From Rhina ancylostomus (taxonomy: Eukaryota): DNA of 64,000 nucleotides. The notes below the pieces were generated by a model. It was not told the DNA's origin and did no database searches. It saw only the letters and a program-made list of their open reading frames with translations. The stretch covers positions 87,648,337-87,712,336 of the forward strand of contig JARFYF010000084.1 of NCBI GenBank assembly GCA_030265395.1, in the 5' to 3' direction. Made by a program: the position numbers and the translations under genes. Position 1 is the stretch's first letter. Each line of letters begins with the position of its first letter. This document shows positions 49,880 through 61,692 of this stretch, piece by piece.

Positions 49880-50924
49880 NNNNNNNNNNNNNNNNNNNNN
49901 NNNNNNNNNNNNNNNNNNNNNNNNNNNNNNNNNNNNNNNNNNNNNNNNNNNNNNNNNNNNNNNNNNNNNNNNNNNNNNNNNNNNNNNNNNNNNNNNNNNN
50001 NNNNNNNNNNNNNNNNNNNNNNNNNNNNNNNNNNNNNNNNNNNNNNNNNNNNNNNNNNNNNNNNNNNNNNNNNNNNNNNNNNNNNNNNNNNNNNNNNNNN
50101 NNNNNNNNNNNNNACCGGAAGTCCATCCTAACATCAGGGCTGAGTGGGACCTTTCTCTTGAATAGAAGAGGTACTGAAGAATCCCCACAGGGTATCACAG
50201 CAGCAGCAGCGGCATTGTGAAAGACTAATTTCACAAATTAACCCTGCACTGCACCTCGTATCTCTTTACAGGAAGCTGGATATCCAAGGATAATGACCCC
50301 ATCAACCAAAACTCTTTAAACCAATTGTTTTCCTCTCACAAAAGCTCTCTTATAATACCTTAAATGCGGAGTCTGGGTTGTGACATCAAGTACTTGGAAC
50401 TCATTTAGGGGTGCTTTTACTCTACATTTAAACTGATCATTTGAAAGTAGGTGGGGAGAAAGTAGGCTTGAGGTAAAACAAACATTGTGGATTTAAAAGA
50501 AAGTTGCTGTCAAGAATCTCTGGCTAGGAAATGTATTTAAGCAGATTTCTTGCACGACTACGATACTGATTATTTTTTTCTGACCATTCTCAGCTTTTAA
50601 TTTGTCAGAGATGATGCTGATCAGAGACTTGTGCCTGGTTGGTCAGGGAATGTTGGTGCATTGTTTTAGCTGTTGGTGGGCCAGGTTTGAATCAGCTGTC
50701 CCATACCATGTAGAGATATCAACTGGTGTTCTTCGCATCTCACTTCTTGAACAAAGACTTTCTGTGGTGCATGTCCTCTCCCCCAGCCATGCCCACCAAT
50801 GCCAGACACCTTTTGCTTCCTACCAAACTTCAAATGGGACACCAATTAACAAACCTGCACCAAAATCACTCAGTCCTTTTAACCATCTACACCAACCCGA
50901 AATTTCAGTTCAACCGAGAGCCCT

Positions 50925-51068
50925 CAGTCCTCCCTATCTAAATCCCCCTCTCTCCCTTCCTACACCCTCTCACTCTCTCTCTCCCTCCATCCCAATGCCC
51001 TCCCTCCCTTGCGACACTTCCCTCCCTCCCAATGCCTCCCTACCTCCCACTCTCCTGCCCTCCACTTT
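50925..51068. repeat. C/T-rich low-complexity tract
   Basis: Nearly all pyrimidine, with recurring CCCT/CCCAATGCC units. Confidence 0.85.
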
Positions 51069-51279
51069 ATAAAACTTTCCATCTTAGTTCCCTTCGAGTA
51101 GCAGCAGGCTACCACACATGTAGTTGGCACATATGCTCTTTTTCTGGTATCAAGCTGTGTTGAGATCCGATGATTTATGAACTCGGCAGTAAATAATGTA
51201 AAGCTCAGTGCAGTGCCAGCAGGTTAGTGAAGTGTAACAACATAGAATAGATTTATTCCAGTTTTTAAACCAGTGCATA

Positions 51280-52185
51280 AAATTGAAGAAAACTTGAAGA
51301 TTTTTATAAATATAGTGGGAAAGGATATTGAAGGAAAGAATAGGGTTAGTTTAGGGATCAGAGGAAAAAGAAACTTGTGTGTGAAGAGGAGTGTATGGGT
51401 AAAATTCTTAATAATGACTCTGCAGATGACTTTGCAAATTGGAGATAATTCTGATGTTTCAGATAGGCAGGATGTAAGGAATAAGAAAGGATGTATTAAG
51501 TAGTTTAAAATCTTTGAAAGTAGGTAAATAGCCAGGCTCAAATTAAATANNNNNNNNNNCTACAAGGACTTGACAAGACTATTGAATAGTTTTCAGATAG
51601 TAGTCTTACTAAGAAAATAAATACCCATTGGATCCAAGGGATGGTAGCAAATTGGATCGAAAATTGGCTTAGTGTAAGGAATCAAAGGTTTAATAGTTGA
51701 TGGATAATTTTGTAACTGGGAGGCTGATACTGTGGTTTTTACAAAGGTTGGTATTTGGCCTTTTTTCATATTAATGAATTAAATAGAGGAGGCATGATAA
51801 AGAACTTTGCAGATGGTACAAAAGTGGACTGTGTCATTGATAGTAAGGAGAAAAACTTCAGACCACAGCAAGATGTTGGGTGTCTGGTTGGTTGGGCAGA
51901 AGAGTGCCAAATGGTATTTGATTCAGAGAAGTCTGAGCTAATCATTTGGAGAGGTGCAACTAGACAAGGAAATGCCCAGTAAGTAGAGGGCATTGAATGA
52001 AATGAAGAGCATTAAACAAATCTTGGCCTGTATGTCCATTAATCATAAAAGATGGTAAAATATGTCAATAAGATGGTTTAAAAAGTACAGGATGATTTTT
52101 ATTAGCTTAGGTATTGAATATAAGAGTAGGGAGATAATGATAAAACTATATACAACACTGGTTGCACCATAGCTGACAACTTCAC
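51280..52185 (+). mobile_element. CR1 LINE RT region, heavily decayed
   Basis: Decayed motifs in order: GIQGMVANWIENWLS, IKNFADGTKV (FADDTK), QQDVGCLVGWAEECQMVFDSEK, IEYKSREIMIKLYTTLVAP. Confidence 0.75.
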
Positions 52186-52199
52186 AATAAAAGGGAGAT

Positions 52200-53437
52200 T
52201 TTATTAATTTTTCAGGATGTGTGTATAGCAGGTAAGGCCAGGATTTATTCCATCTCTAATTGCCCCGGAAGATTGGTGAGTTACCCTGGTGTTCTGTCCT
52301 TTTGGTTAAGGTACTCCCACAATGTTGCGCATTGGGAATTCCAAGATATAGTGGCAATGTGAAAAGTCCAATTACTTTTCCAAGTCAGATTGGTAGGCCA
52401 CTTGGAAGGGGAATTGCACGCAGTGGTATTCCCATGTAGGTGCTGCCCTTGTCTTCCTCAGTGATGGGGGTCTCAGGTGTGGGAAATGCTGTTGGNNNNN
52501 NNNNNNNNNNNNNNNNNNNNNNNNNNNNNNNNNNNNNNNNNNNNNNNNNNNNNNNNNNNNNNNNNNNNNNNNNNNNNNNNNNNNNNNNNNNNNNNTGTGG
52601 GAAATGCTGTTGGAGTAGCCTTGGCAAGCAATCAAAGTACATTCTGAAGACTACACACTGCAGCTATGCAATGGCAGCAGAGTGAATGGAAATTTTGTAC
52701 AGTAGATGAGATGTCAATCAAGTGCGCTGCCTTGTCCTGGATGATGTGGAGCGCTTGTGTTGGAACTGCACTCATTCAGGTAAGTTGAGTGTGTTCATAG
52801 ATTCGTGGAGTTATACAACATGGAAACAGGCTACTTGGCCCAACTTGCCTATGCCGACTACGATGCCAATCTAAACTAACCCCATTTGCCTTCAATTGGA
52901 CTATATCCCTTTAAACCTTTCCAATCCAGGTACCTATCCAAATGCCTTTTAAATGTTGTAATTGTATGTGTCACAAGCAGCTAGTTCCACGTACCTCCCA
53001 CCCTCTGTGTGAAAAACTTGTCCCTCAGATCCCCTCTAAATCTGTCCCTTCTCACCTTAAACCGATGCCTCTAGTTTTAGACTCCTGTACGCTGGGAAAA
53101 AGACTGTAATTATCAACCCTATCTCTGTCCCTCATAATTTTATTAACCTCCGGAAGGTCAACCCTCCTTTGTTGCAGGAAAAACTGTCCCAACTTATCCA
53201 ATTTCTTCTTCTAGCTCGAGTCTGTCATTGCCCAATGTCAATTCTATCATGCCTTGCAGGTGGAAAGTCTTGGAGTGTCAGGAGATGAATTNNNNNNNNN
53301 NNNNNNNNNNNNNNNNNNNNNNNNNNNNNNNNNNNNNNNNNNNNNNNNNNNNNNNNNNNNNNNNNNNNNNNNNNNNNNNNNNNNNNNNNNNATCATGCCT
53401 TGCAGGTGGAAAGTCTAGGAGTGACAGGAGATGAATT
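52200..53437 (-). mobile_element. old non-LTR retrotransposon 3' part (CR1/L2/Jockey group, clade unassigned), interrupted by CR1
   Basis: Minus strand shows MSAVPT, IQDKAAHLID, CLPRLLQQHFP and RKTRAAPTWEYHCVQFPFQ. The sequence resumes at ~53245 after the CR1 insertion. Confidence 0.6.
52795..53232 (-). mobile_element. CR1 LINE 3' end
   Basis: Antisense tail CATGGAAACAGGCTACTTGGCCCAAC and CCCACCCTCTGTGTGAAAAACTT..TCTCACCTTAAACC (FKVR..FFTQRV). Confidence 0.85.
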
Positions 53438-53444
53438 GATTAAT

Positions 53445-53570
53445 CAATCCAAAAAAGAATTTAGAAGGAATTACTTTGCCTGGAGAGTAACTAGAATGTG
53501 CCACCACGGAGTAGTGAAGTGATGACATAGACATCTTGAAAAGGGAAACCTAGATCAATGCACAAGGGGA
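53445..53570 (+). mobile_element. CR1 LINE 3' fragment
   Basis: GAATTTAGAAGGAATTACTTTGCCTGGAGAGTAACTAGAATGTG corresponds to decayed FRRNFFTQRVVRMW. Confidence 0.5.
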
Positions 53571-54249
53571 CTAAAAATCAAGGAGGATATCCAGTCTCCT
53601 CCTGAGTTAATCATGAGAGAGCAAAGCCTTAAAATAGATTATGGACTAAGGACTGCACAGTGCGCTGAATCCCAACCGATTCTTCTTCCCATCACTGCTG
53701 CCATCAGTATTATTTTATACCCAATTATACCATGTCCAATGTACTACATTAATGCCAAATTTTAATGAAGCATAAACATTGGCATGGAGTTTCTGTGCAG
53801 TAAATTCTAAGTGAAAATAACTCATGGGTTGTGAAGTGCTTTGATGTTAGAAGAAATTAAATGCAACGTAAATGGTTTTCTCTTCATCCTGACATTTCCA
53901 TATCTCATGCTATTCTCCCTCCTTCCCTATTTCTAAGGAGGCCTTGGACAACTTGCTTGTGTTTCTTTGAGCATTCTGTGCAACGTTTAATTAACTCGGG
54001 CTGAAGCACTAGGGACACTGTTGGTTGTCTACTGAATTAAAAGAACATATCTGGAATGAGGCCTTGTGCATAGAATTGGAACAATACATTTATAGTATTA
54101 CTGTACTTGTCAAAGGAACTTCATTATGCGTCAAAGTTTCTTTGTTCCTAAGCAACTGGAGAATGACTGGAAAAGAATTTTTAGAACGGAATCCGAATAT
54201 TTTCTGCCACGATTGGTGCCAACAGATCTCAAGCCTTCCATTACTTTCA

Positions 54250-54470
54250 GAGATAGTCATTGAGATGTACAGCACAGAAACAGGCCCTTCAGCCCAGCAT
54301 GTTATACTGACCATTGCACCTCTCGAAACTAATCCCATTTACTTGCATTTAGTCCATAGCCTGCTCTGCCTGGATGATTCAAGTGCTTGTTTAGAGGCTT
54401 CCTAAATGCTGTGAGAGCACCTGTCACCACAAGCTTCTCAGACAGTGCATTCCAGATTCTAGCTCCTGCC
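54250..54470 (-). mobile_element. CR1 LINE 3' end
   Basis: Minus ORF ARIWNALSEKLVVTGALTAFRKPLNKHLN plus antisense tail TACAGCACAGAAACAGGCCCTTCAGCCC. Confidence 0.8.
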
Positions 54471-57285
54471 TTGCTCCATGCGATATCCAGACTAGATTCC
54501 TGCGTCAACTGCCCCACAAGAAGGGCCAATGTGAATATGCCCTTCTAGTTCCCATGTAAAGACATTTACAGCGGCTGAGAGTTTGTCATGTGTAAGTAGA
54601 TGCAGGTGATGGAGTTGGCCCAGTAGTCAGGTTACAGCCTATCACAAGCACTTGCTGTACACCAACACATGGCTGCGACTGACTATCAGTTATTCATATA
54701 GTAATGGTGATAGTGTTAGTTTGCTAGAATGCATGGCTATAGATTTGACTTGGTGGAACAATGCCCCAACAACCCTTAATGNNNNNNNNNNNNNNNNNNN
54801 NNNNNNNNNNNNNNNNNNNNNNNNNNNNNNNNNNNNNNNNNNNNNNNNNNNNNNNNNNNNNNNNNNNNNNNNNNNNNNNNNCTTAATGACCACCTGCCAC
54901 TGGATTTTGGGCTGCAGTAGGGTGCTAACAGAAGAACTGTTGCTTCTGGTGGGAAATTAAGACGATGGGAATGTAATCCCAGTAAAAAATGAAAGTGCTC
55001 TTTTCATATCAACTGCGACAGAAGTTTAGAATGCTTTCCTCTGAAAGCCTGTGGATACTAAAACAAATGATAGCTGTAGATGTGCAATGGATACTTTTAT
55101 GGATATGAAGCAAGTGTGGGCAGCAAATGAAGAGGTTGTAGAAGAACCATAAACCAGCTGGTGATACAGGATCCCGAGCTGAATCATCTCTCATTCTAAT
55201 GTTTCTGAACGTTCTTGGATTTCTCTCATGCTAAAAAACATTTTTTTAAGGGAAGGTAACATCATCTTTGTTTGTCTTCCAAAGGATAAAATGAATAACC
55301 AAATTGCTTGCTTGTCATTTTGCTCTTGGTCTAATCTAGCTTTGAATATGTAGCAGGTCTCTGGCATTGATTCACATTCACCTTCAGCCTTGTTTAATGT
55401 GATGAAGAGCAGAGTAACCTGTAAAGATAAATTGAAAGTGTAGGGCTAGCTCAGTCATGTAAAACATATTGGCTGTGTGCATTTATTGCCGAGGTATTTG
55501 TTGGCTGTGTTCATTGCCAGGGTGTCCTTTTGGCTGTGCTAAGCCCTGGGATATGCATTGGCAGTGTTCAGAGCGAGACAACCCTGCTGGGTTTATCTAA
55601 TGACTGGCTGGGAAGTTTTCCTGTCTGATATTCAAATTCTAATCCAATGTACAACTGAGACTTGAGTGTCAAAGTTATCAGCTCTACATTCTGTCACAAA
55701 CTGCCTGTTGTCATGAGCATGAGTGAAGTTAATTCATGCTGTAGTCTTGCCTTCAATTACATGGGGTTTGTCAGTTTATCATGATAAATGACATGATTCC
55801 GGAATATTTTTCTGTTGAGCTATTTGCTGTGTAAATTATTTGAAGTGCCAAATAATTCTAGTAATTCAAGAACAAATGTTGATTATTATATAGTTGAGTT
55901 ATAATTAGATAGTTAATTAGCTATTTTTAATAAGCAAATTGTAGAAATCAGCTTTTGGAGAATTTAAATTCAAGATGGAGATTGCAGAATGACTTTAGTA
56001 CTCTTATCAAATATAGCAAAGATCAAATGTTGAATAAGGTTCCCTCTCCTGCAACTTTTCCTAACAATGATGGTTGTAATGTACAATGGAAAATATTGAT
56101 AAAAATTTGAAAATTAGTAAACATACTGTAATGTGCATTTAAGTTTGCCTTCAAATACAAGATGATGAAAGGTTGTAGCAGTAGGTATTAATTGGGAGAT
56201 TAAATGTCACACTTCTGATCGTGTTTTAATCAAGACTGGTCATTGGAATGATTTTCAGATTCTGGTACTGGGGTTTGTAGATATATAAAAGACAAATGTG
56301 CCTCACTGTTATGCACTATTCTTGCTGTAGAAAAGGTGTAGCTGAGACTTAATTACTGAACAGATTCTCTGACCTTGGAAAAAGTCATTTTCTATGTGAT
56401 TTGCCATTCTTGCATGGTGATATTTAACAGTTTACAAAATGTGTTTTTAATGCTTTTTATATATTTTAGTTTCCAGCTAAATACTCTGGCTAAGACAGCA
56501 ATAGTTTAAAATACAATGAGCTGGAGGCAGTGCAAAATGTAAGACCCACTGCAAACAATTTGCTCAAAACAGAGCCTACTTAAAGAGTAGAATCTCACTC
56601 GAAGTCATTCTAAGATAAGTGAACGTCCAGAGCTGAATTAAGGTTCTCTGGAACTCTTATGTTCTGTAGATTCTATAAGACAGTGTGTGTTCAGAGCTAG
56701 AATCTGATGGGGTTACTAAATCAATGGAGCAATGCTTTGAGAATCAGTTATGATCTTAATGAGTGATGCAGTAAATTGGGTATGTTTATGACCTAACCAA
56801 TTCTTATGTTAGGAATGGGTGTTGGGTTATACTTCCCTTGTCTGCATTCCATGTATAAATTCTAATTCAAAGGGTGAATATTGATTAACCAGCTTGTCTT
56901 TCTAATTGGTGATGATCTTAAAGCACAAAGCTCAGTCCTGTGAGCACTCGGGTGGCTGATTTCCTCTGCATGGTTGATGTCCATTTTGGTTTTCCTTGGA
57001 TGCAAGAGACTGGCAAGATGACATTGATTCCTTGCACCTGGTTACTTCGCAGATTAAAATGGGAGCCACCTGTAGGATTAGGGGTAAAACTGCAGTGGCA
57101 GTGATAATGTATTGAAAGATTTTCATGACCCAGGTGAGTACTTTTGTGGCAACATTTAATAATTACTGGAGATTTATTACATTACCAGATTTATTGAAGT
57201 GAATTTTGATTTTCCCATGTTCCAGTTTGAATTCTTAACTTGCCAATTTAGTACTATAGATATTGGAAGCTACCGTAATGTGTAT

Positions 57286-57634
57286 TGTTACGAACCAGCA
57301 ACAAAAGAAACACACCGAGACATGTAGAAGTGTTAAAAACAACTTTATTAATAACTACTTATGATAATAAGTAAAATAAATGTAAAAATGTTAGAAGTAA
57401 AAATGTTAAACCCCGAACATTAACCCCAAACACTAACTAANNNNNNNNNNNNNNNNNNNNNNNNNNNNNNNNNNNNNNNNNNNNNNNNNNNNNNNNNNNN
57501 NNNNNNNNNNNNNNNNNNNNNNNNNNNNNNNNNNNNNNNNCTCCTTCAGAGTGACTCCGTCTTGTTGTTTCAACAACAACATCATGACGTTCTTTATCTT
57601 CTGTTGACGTAAGCATGCCGCGCGTGTGAGCGCG

Positions 57635-57681
<47 letters not shown>

Positions 57682-57718
57682 TAAAAGGTGCACTCACTAA
57701 TAGTCCTAGTCCGTAACA
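57286..57718 (-). mobile_element. solo LTR (Gypsy/Ty3-like) with 4-bp TSD
   Basis: Termini TGTTACG (57286) and CGTAACA (57718) are perfect inverted 7-mers, flanked by GTAT on both sides (57282-57285, 57719-57722). AATAAA lies on the minus strand near 57345. Contains a 100-N gap. Confidence 0.8.
57618..57678. repeat. compound (CG)n(CA)n microsatellite inside the solo LTR
   Basis: CGCGCGTGTGAGCGCGCGCGCGCGCACACA...CA read directly. Confidence 0.95.
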
Positions 57719-57954
57719 GTATGTAGTTAAAGGAACCACCTGGATATATAAATAATAGCCTGGGACAACTACAAACAGGGGGAAAATAATCATTATGCTT
57801 GGCAATGATTACAAAAGATTGTAGATTCAGAAAATAAAATTAATGGTCCAACAGTAATGTAGGTGTGGAAAATGCCTAAATATTGGGCTATGCATGTAGA
57901 GTGATGAAGTTGTTCAGCTCAAAGTCATAGGCTTGGGCTATTGATTTGGAAGCC

Positions 57955-58120
57955 ACTGTAGTGGTGGTAATGTGGTTAATAAATTAAATAAATCTGCAAT
58001 GGAAAGTTGCTGTCATTAATGCAGACTTTATATGACTGGATTGTAAACCCAAACAGCTCACTAGTGTCCTTCAGGGAAGGATATTTGGGCCTACAACAAT
58101 GTGGTTGTGCTTGCAATGAG
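57955..58120 (+). mobile_element. tRNA-derived SINE, internally deleted (family of 18352-18620)
   Basis: AATAAATCTGCAATGGAAAG..CTCACTAGTGTCCTTCAGGGAAGG..CAATGTGGTTG. Confidence 0.5.
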
Positions 58121-60059
58121 GCTAGGAAGTTGTACTGTGGAGAGGTAATTGGAGTGGCAAATCTGATGTGTACCACTGCTGCTCGTACCACCGAAACAAC
58201 TGATTAAAAACAAAACTTTTCCCATAAAACTGGGAGTACAAGGGCAGAATTCAGCATGGCTTCCATTGGAGGAAGCACACAGGGACTAACAATCAGCGTT
58301 TGCTCTGTGGTACTTGGTCTCTTTGTCTTCTGAGCTAGTCGTGATGTCCGTTTCCACCGGCTCCAACTGTAATTAAGCTTAAAATTTTATTGTGCTGTGC
58401 AATTATCAAATTGCCATTTTAGAAATATTCTTGACTCATTCTCAAATGTTCCTGGATCATCCTAAAATGACCAAATTACAAATAGTCTAAGCACTTTTCA
58501 AATACATGAATGTATTGGGAATGCAGGAAGTTGGAAAAGTTGCCACCAGTTCTAAATTGTCTAGTGTTCCATTTGCTTTTATGGTTCAGTGAGCTGAGAG
58601 AGATTAGTTAGTCTGAAAGCTCAGTTGGTTTCAATTTTGTCATGCTGAGCAGGACAATGAACTTTGGGAACTTCTACCTGGCCAGCTTCTGTAAATTTCA
58701 TCTTGTGACTCATGGGGCCATACTTGCCACAGCTCTTCTGATATTTTGGTTTGTATCTAACCAACAAAGACTTCCTTGTTCTAAACTGGCTACCCCTCAT
58801 GGCTTCGCAAAATTGTCCCTCTACACATTAATTCCTTGTCCTGACTCTCCTATAAAAATCAGCAATTGTGAAATGAGTTTTCTTTTGAAGCAAGGATATC
58901 TGGTTGGTCCACCTGAAATTTATTAAAATATAATTAGAGTTAGATTTGTTTTCCTTTATTGGTAATAACCAAAACCCTTCCATTACTGGCACTACTCATC
59001 TAAATATCTACTTAAATTATTATTTTAAATATATTTTATATTACATATGTTTTAGCTTTAAGGAAGCTGCCTTTAAAATTATGGGTAAACTAATTCCCAA
59101 ATTTTTTTGTGGACATCTAATAGAATATACTTGTCATTAACATGTCTGTGTAATTTGGGGAGTGTTGGTGGGTGGGTGGACACTATATCGGTAAGAAACC
59201 ATGAAAGTGATCAAAGACGTTGAGTGTTCAGCTGTTGCTAATTGTCATTAACAATTTAGGTCCACATTATTGCAGAACTCAACAGTTTACTTCTTTTCCT
59301 AAATATTGTTTTCATTTTTATGTTAAATGTCTCATTTTACAAAATGACAATAATAACTGAAGGGGGGATAAAAAGTAAACTGAACCAAAATAAAACAAAA
59401 ATGTTTGAGCCCTATTGTCCCTGTTTGTCACTACATTCAATATTTGTAAACTAATTTGGGTTTCGTTGCCATTAAAACATGAGGCTAAATCTATACAAGG
59501 GGAGACCTTTTCCTTGAATCTGTATTAAAGTAGCCCAATATTTGGTATAATAAAAACCTTGGGCCTTCCAACTGAAATTCCATACAACCTCTTCATCTTT
59601 TTAAACCATTCATTTTGCAATTTAACCTTTAAATATTTTGTCATGTTTTCTTTCAATCCATGAGCAAATGCCTGGCCGCTTTCCTGGATCTCCCCAACCC
59701 TTCCCACTATTGTTAAGACTGTTGGATGTGTTTGTCTCTTTTAATAAAAATGCCATGGCTACCTGCAACAGATGCTGAGATTGGAATACTAATGGGGTAG
59801 AAGTTGTCTTAAGCGGTGCTGAATCTGCTGTCTACTCTGCCCTGCCCAACATTGGGTTTCACTGCCTTCAGTGGAATTAAATATCAGCTGAGGATTCTAA
59901 AGAGATGCTACTTTAATACAGTCCACACACACTGTACAAAATTATTTTTTGTTACTTTGTTCAATATGTTAAAGGCTGGAAACATTGCATTTAACTGCAA
60001 GTTGACAAAGGAGTGGAGCATGTGAGGGAGAATGGAATAGTGGATTATGGTAAGGATAT

Positions 60060-60430
60060 AGATAGAGTCATAGAGCCATGCAATACGGAAATAGGCCCCT
60101 CAGCCCAACTTGTCCTTGCCAAGCAAGTTGTCTCACCGAACAAGTGTCATTTTCCTCTGTTTGACCCATATCCCTCTGAACCTCTGCTATCCGTGTAATT
60201 GTCCAAATGTCTTTTAAGTGCCCTAATTATACCTGCCTCAACCACTTCCTCTGGTAGCTTGTTCCATATACTCATCACTCTGTGTGTGTGTGTGTGTGTG
60301 NNNNNNNNNNNNNNNNNNNNNNNNNNNNNNNNNNNNNNNNNNNNNNNNNNNNNNNNNNNNNNNNNNNNNNNNNNNNNNNNNNNNNNNNNNNNNNNNNNNN
60401 TTTTTAAATCTCTCTTCTCTCACTGTAACC
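60060..60430 (-). mobile_element. CR1 LINE 3' end with (TG)n expansion
   Basis: Antisense tail TAGAGTCATAGAG..GGAAATAGGCCCCTCAGCCCAAC and CCTGCCTCAACCACTTCCTCTGGTAGCTTGTTCCATAT (WNKLPEEVVEA). (TG)10 lies at 60281-60300, then a gap. Confidence 0.8.
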
Positions 60431-61234
60431 CTGTGAGGAAAGATGTGAGGAGGTTTGAGTGCAGCACAAAGGATGTCATGGACTAGTTTGGCTGAATGGC
60501 TTGTATTTGTGCAGTTATTGCACTTGCACAGTTAACAAGGAACCCTCAGATAACAGGCTTTAAAGAAAGGAAATAGACATTCAGTACCAATGATGACATT
60601 TGATTTGAGTCTTCCATTTAACTTGGATAATTACTTTTGGCAAAAGAGAACTTTTTTGAGACCATTTCATGATTGAGCCTTTTGTCCACCTTAATTACTG
60701 AAAAGAGTTATATTAACCTTTCTATGTTGGTCTTCAGCTCTTAAGCCCTTTATGACACTAACTTTCTTCCCTTTGGAAGGTTTGGCGGAGTTTGCTTTGC
60801 TACTGGCTGGGCAGGTTTGTGAGGAGAGTTGGCCATTGCAAGACTGAGTTGGTTAAAACGATGCAGGTTCAAAGATAATATACGTGCACAAGAAAAACTT
60901 TGCACAAGCAAAGTCCAAGTGGCTGACATCTATTAGCTGTTTGGATGAAAAGCTCAAGTCTCATCATAAGCAAAGAACATTATTTTATCTGGAGTAATAT
61001 GGTGACTCTGAACTAACAGTGCACACTGCTATCTTTTGAGAATCTTGCAGAAAATACCCTGGATGATTTTCATGAATTTTGCAGCACCTTACTATATTCT
61101 TCAGGTAATGAATCATATTCCTCAGGCACGAGTTTAATCAAACCATTTAATCAAACCTTGCTGCCATCTGCTTTGTCAGAAGCAAGGGATAATTTAGGAA
61201 TGTGATGCTGCGGTGATCTGCTAATAAACTATGG

Positions 61235-61692
61235 AGATAGAAACATTAAAAAATTACAGCACAATTCAGGCCCTTTGGCCCACAAAGCTGTGCTGAACAT
61301 GTCCCTACCTTAGAAATTACTAGGCTTACCTATAGCCCTCTATTTTTCNNNNNNNNNNNNNNNNNNNNNNNNNNNNNNNNNNNNNNNNNNNNNNNNNNNN
61401 NNNNNNNNNNNNNNNNNNNNNNNNNNNNNNNNNNNNNNNNNNNNNNNNTGTACCTACTCCCCAGCACCTTAAACCTATGTCCTCTTGTGGCCACCATTTC
61501 AGCCCTGGGGAAAAGCCTCTGACTACCCATTCAATACCTCTCATCATCTTGTACACCTCTATCAGGTCCCCATTCATCCTCCATCTCTCCAAGGAGAAAA
61601 GGCTGAGTTCCCTCAACCTGCTTTCATAAGGCATGCTCTGCGTTCCAGGCAGCATCCTTGTAAATCTCCTCTGCACCTTTTCTATGGCTTCC
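61235..61692 (-). mobile_element. CR1 LINE 3' end
   Basis: Minus ORF 61326..61724 AIEKVQRRFTRMLPG..YESRLRELSLFSLERWRMNGDLIEVYKMMRGI, and TRGHRFKV. Tail at 61235-61300. Confidence 0.9.

Noticed and set aside
50602-51072. 156-aa Pro/Ser/Leu-rich ORF
   Set aside because: It stays open largely because of the stop-free C/T tract. No domain signal.
53245-53437. Direct repeats on both sides of N gaps (also 14812/14924, 39744/39804, 52478/52596, 54775/54882)
   Set aside because: Short overlaps flanking scaffold gaps, some with 1-2 differences, are most simply unmerged contig or haplotype overlaps. They cannot be called biological repeats without reads.
57050-57138. Possible exon ending at CAG|GTGAGT (~57132)
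   Set aside because: All three frames from the nearest acceptor-like AG contain stops, and there is no supporting evidence.
59800-59825. REST/RE1 site
   Set aside because: Only the GGTGCTGAA half is present, with no correctly spaced second half.
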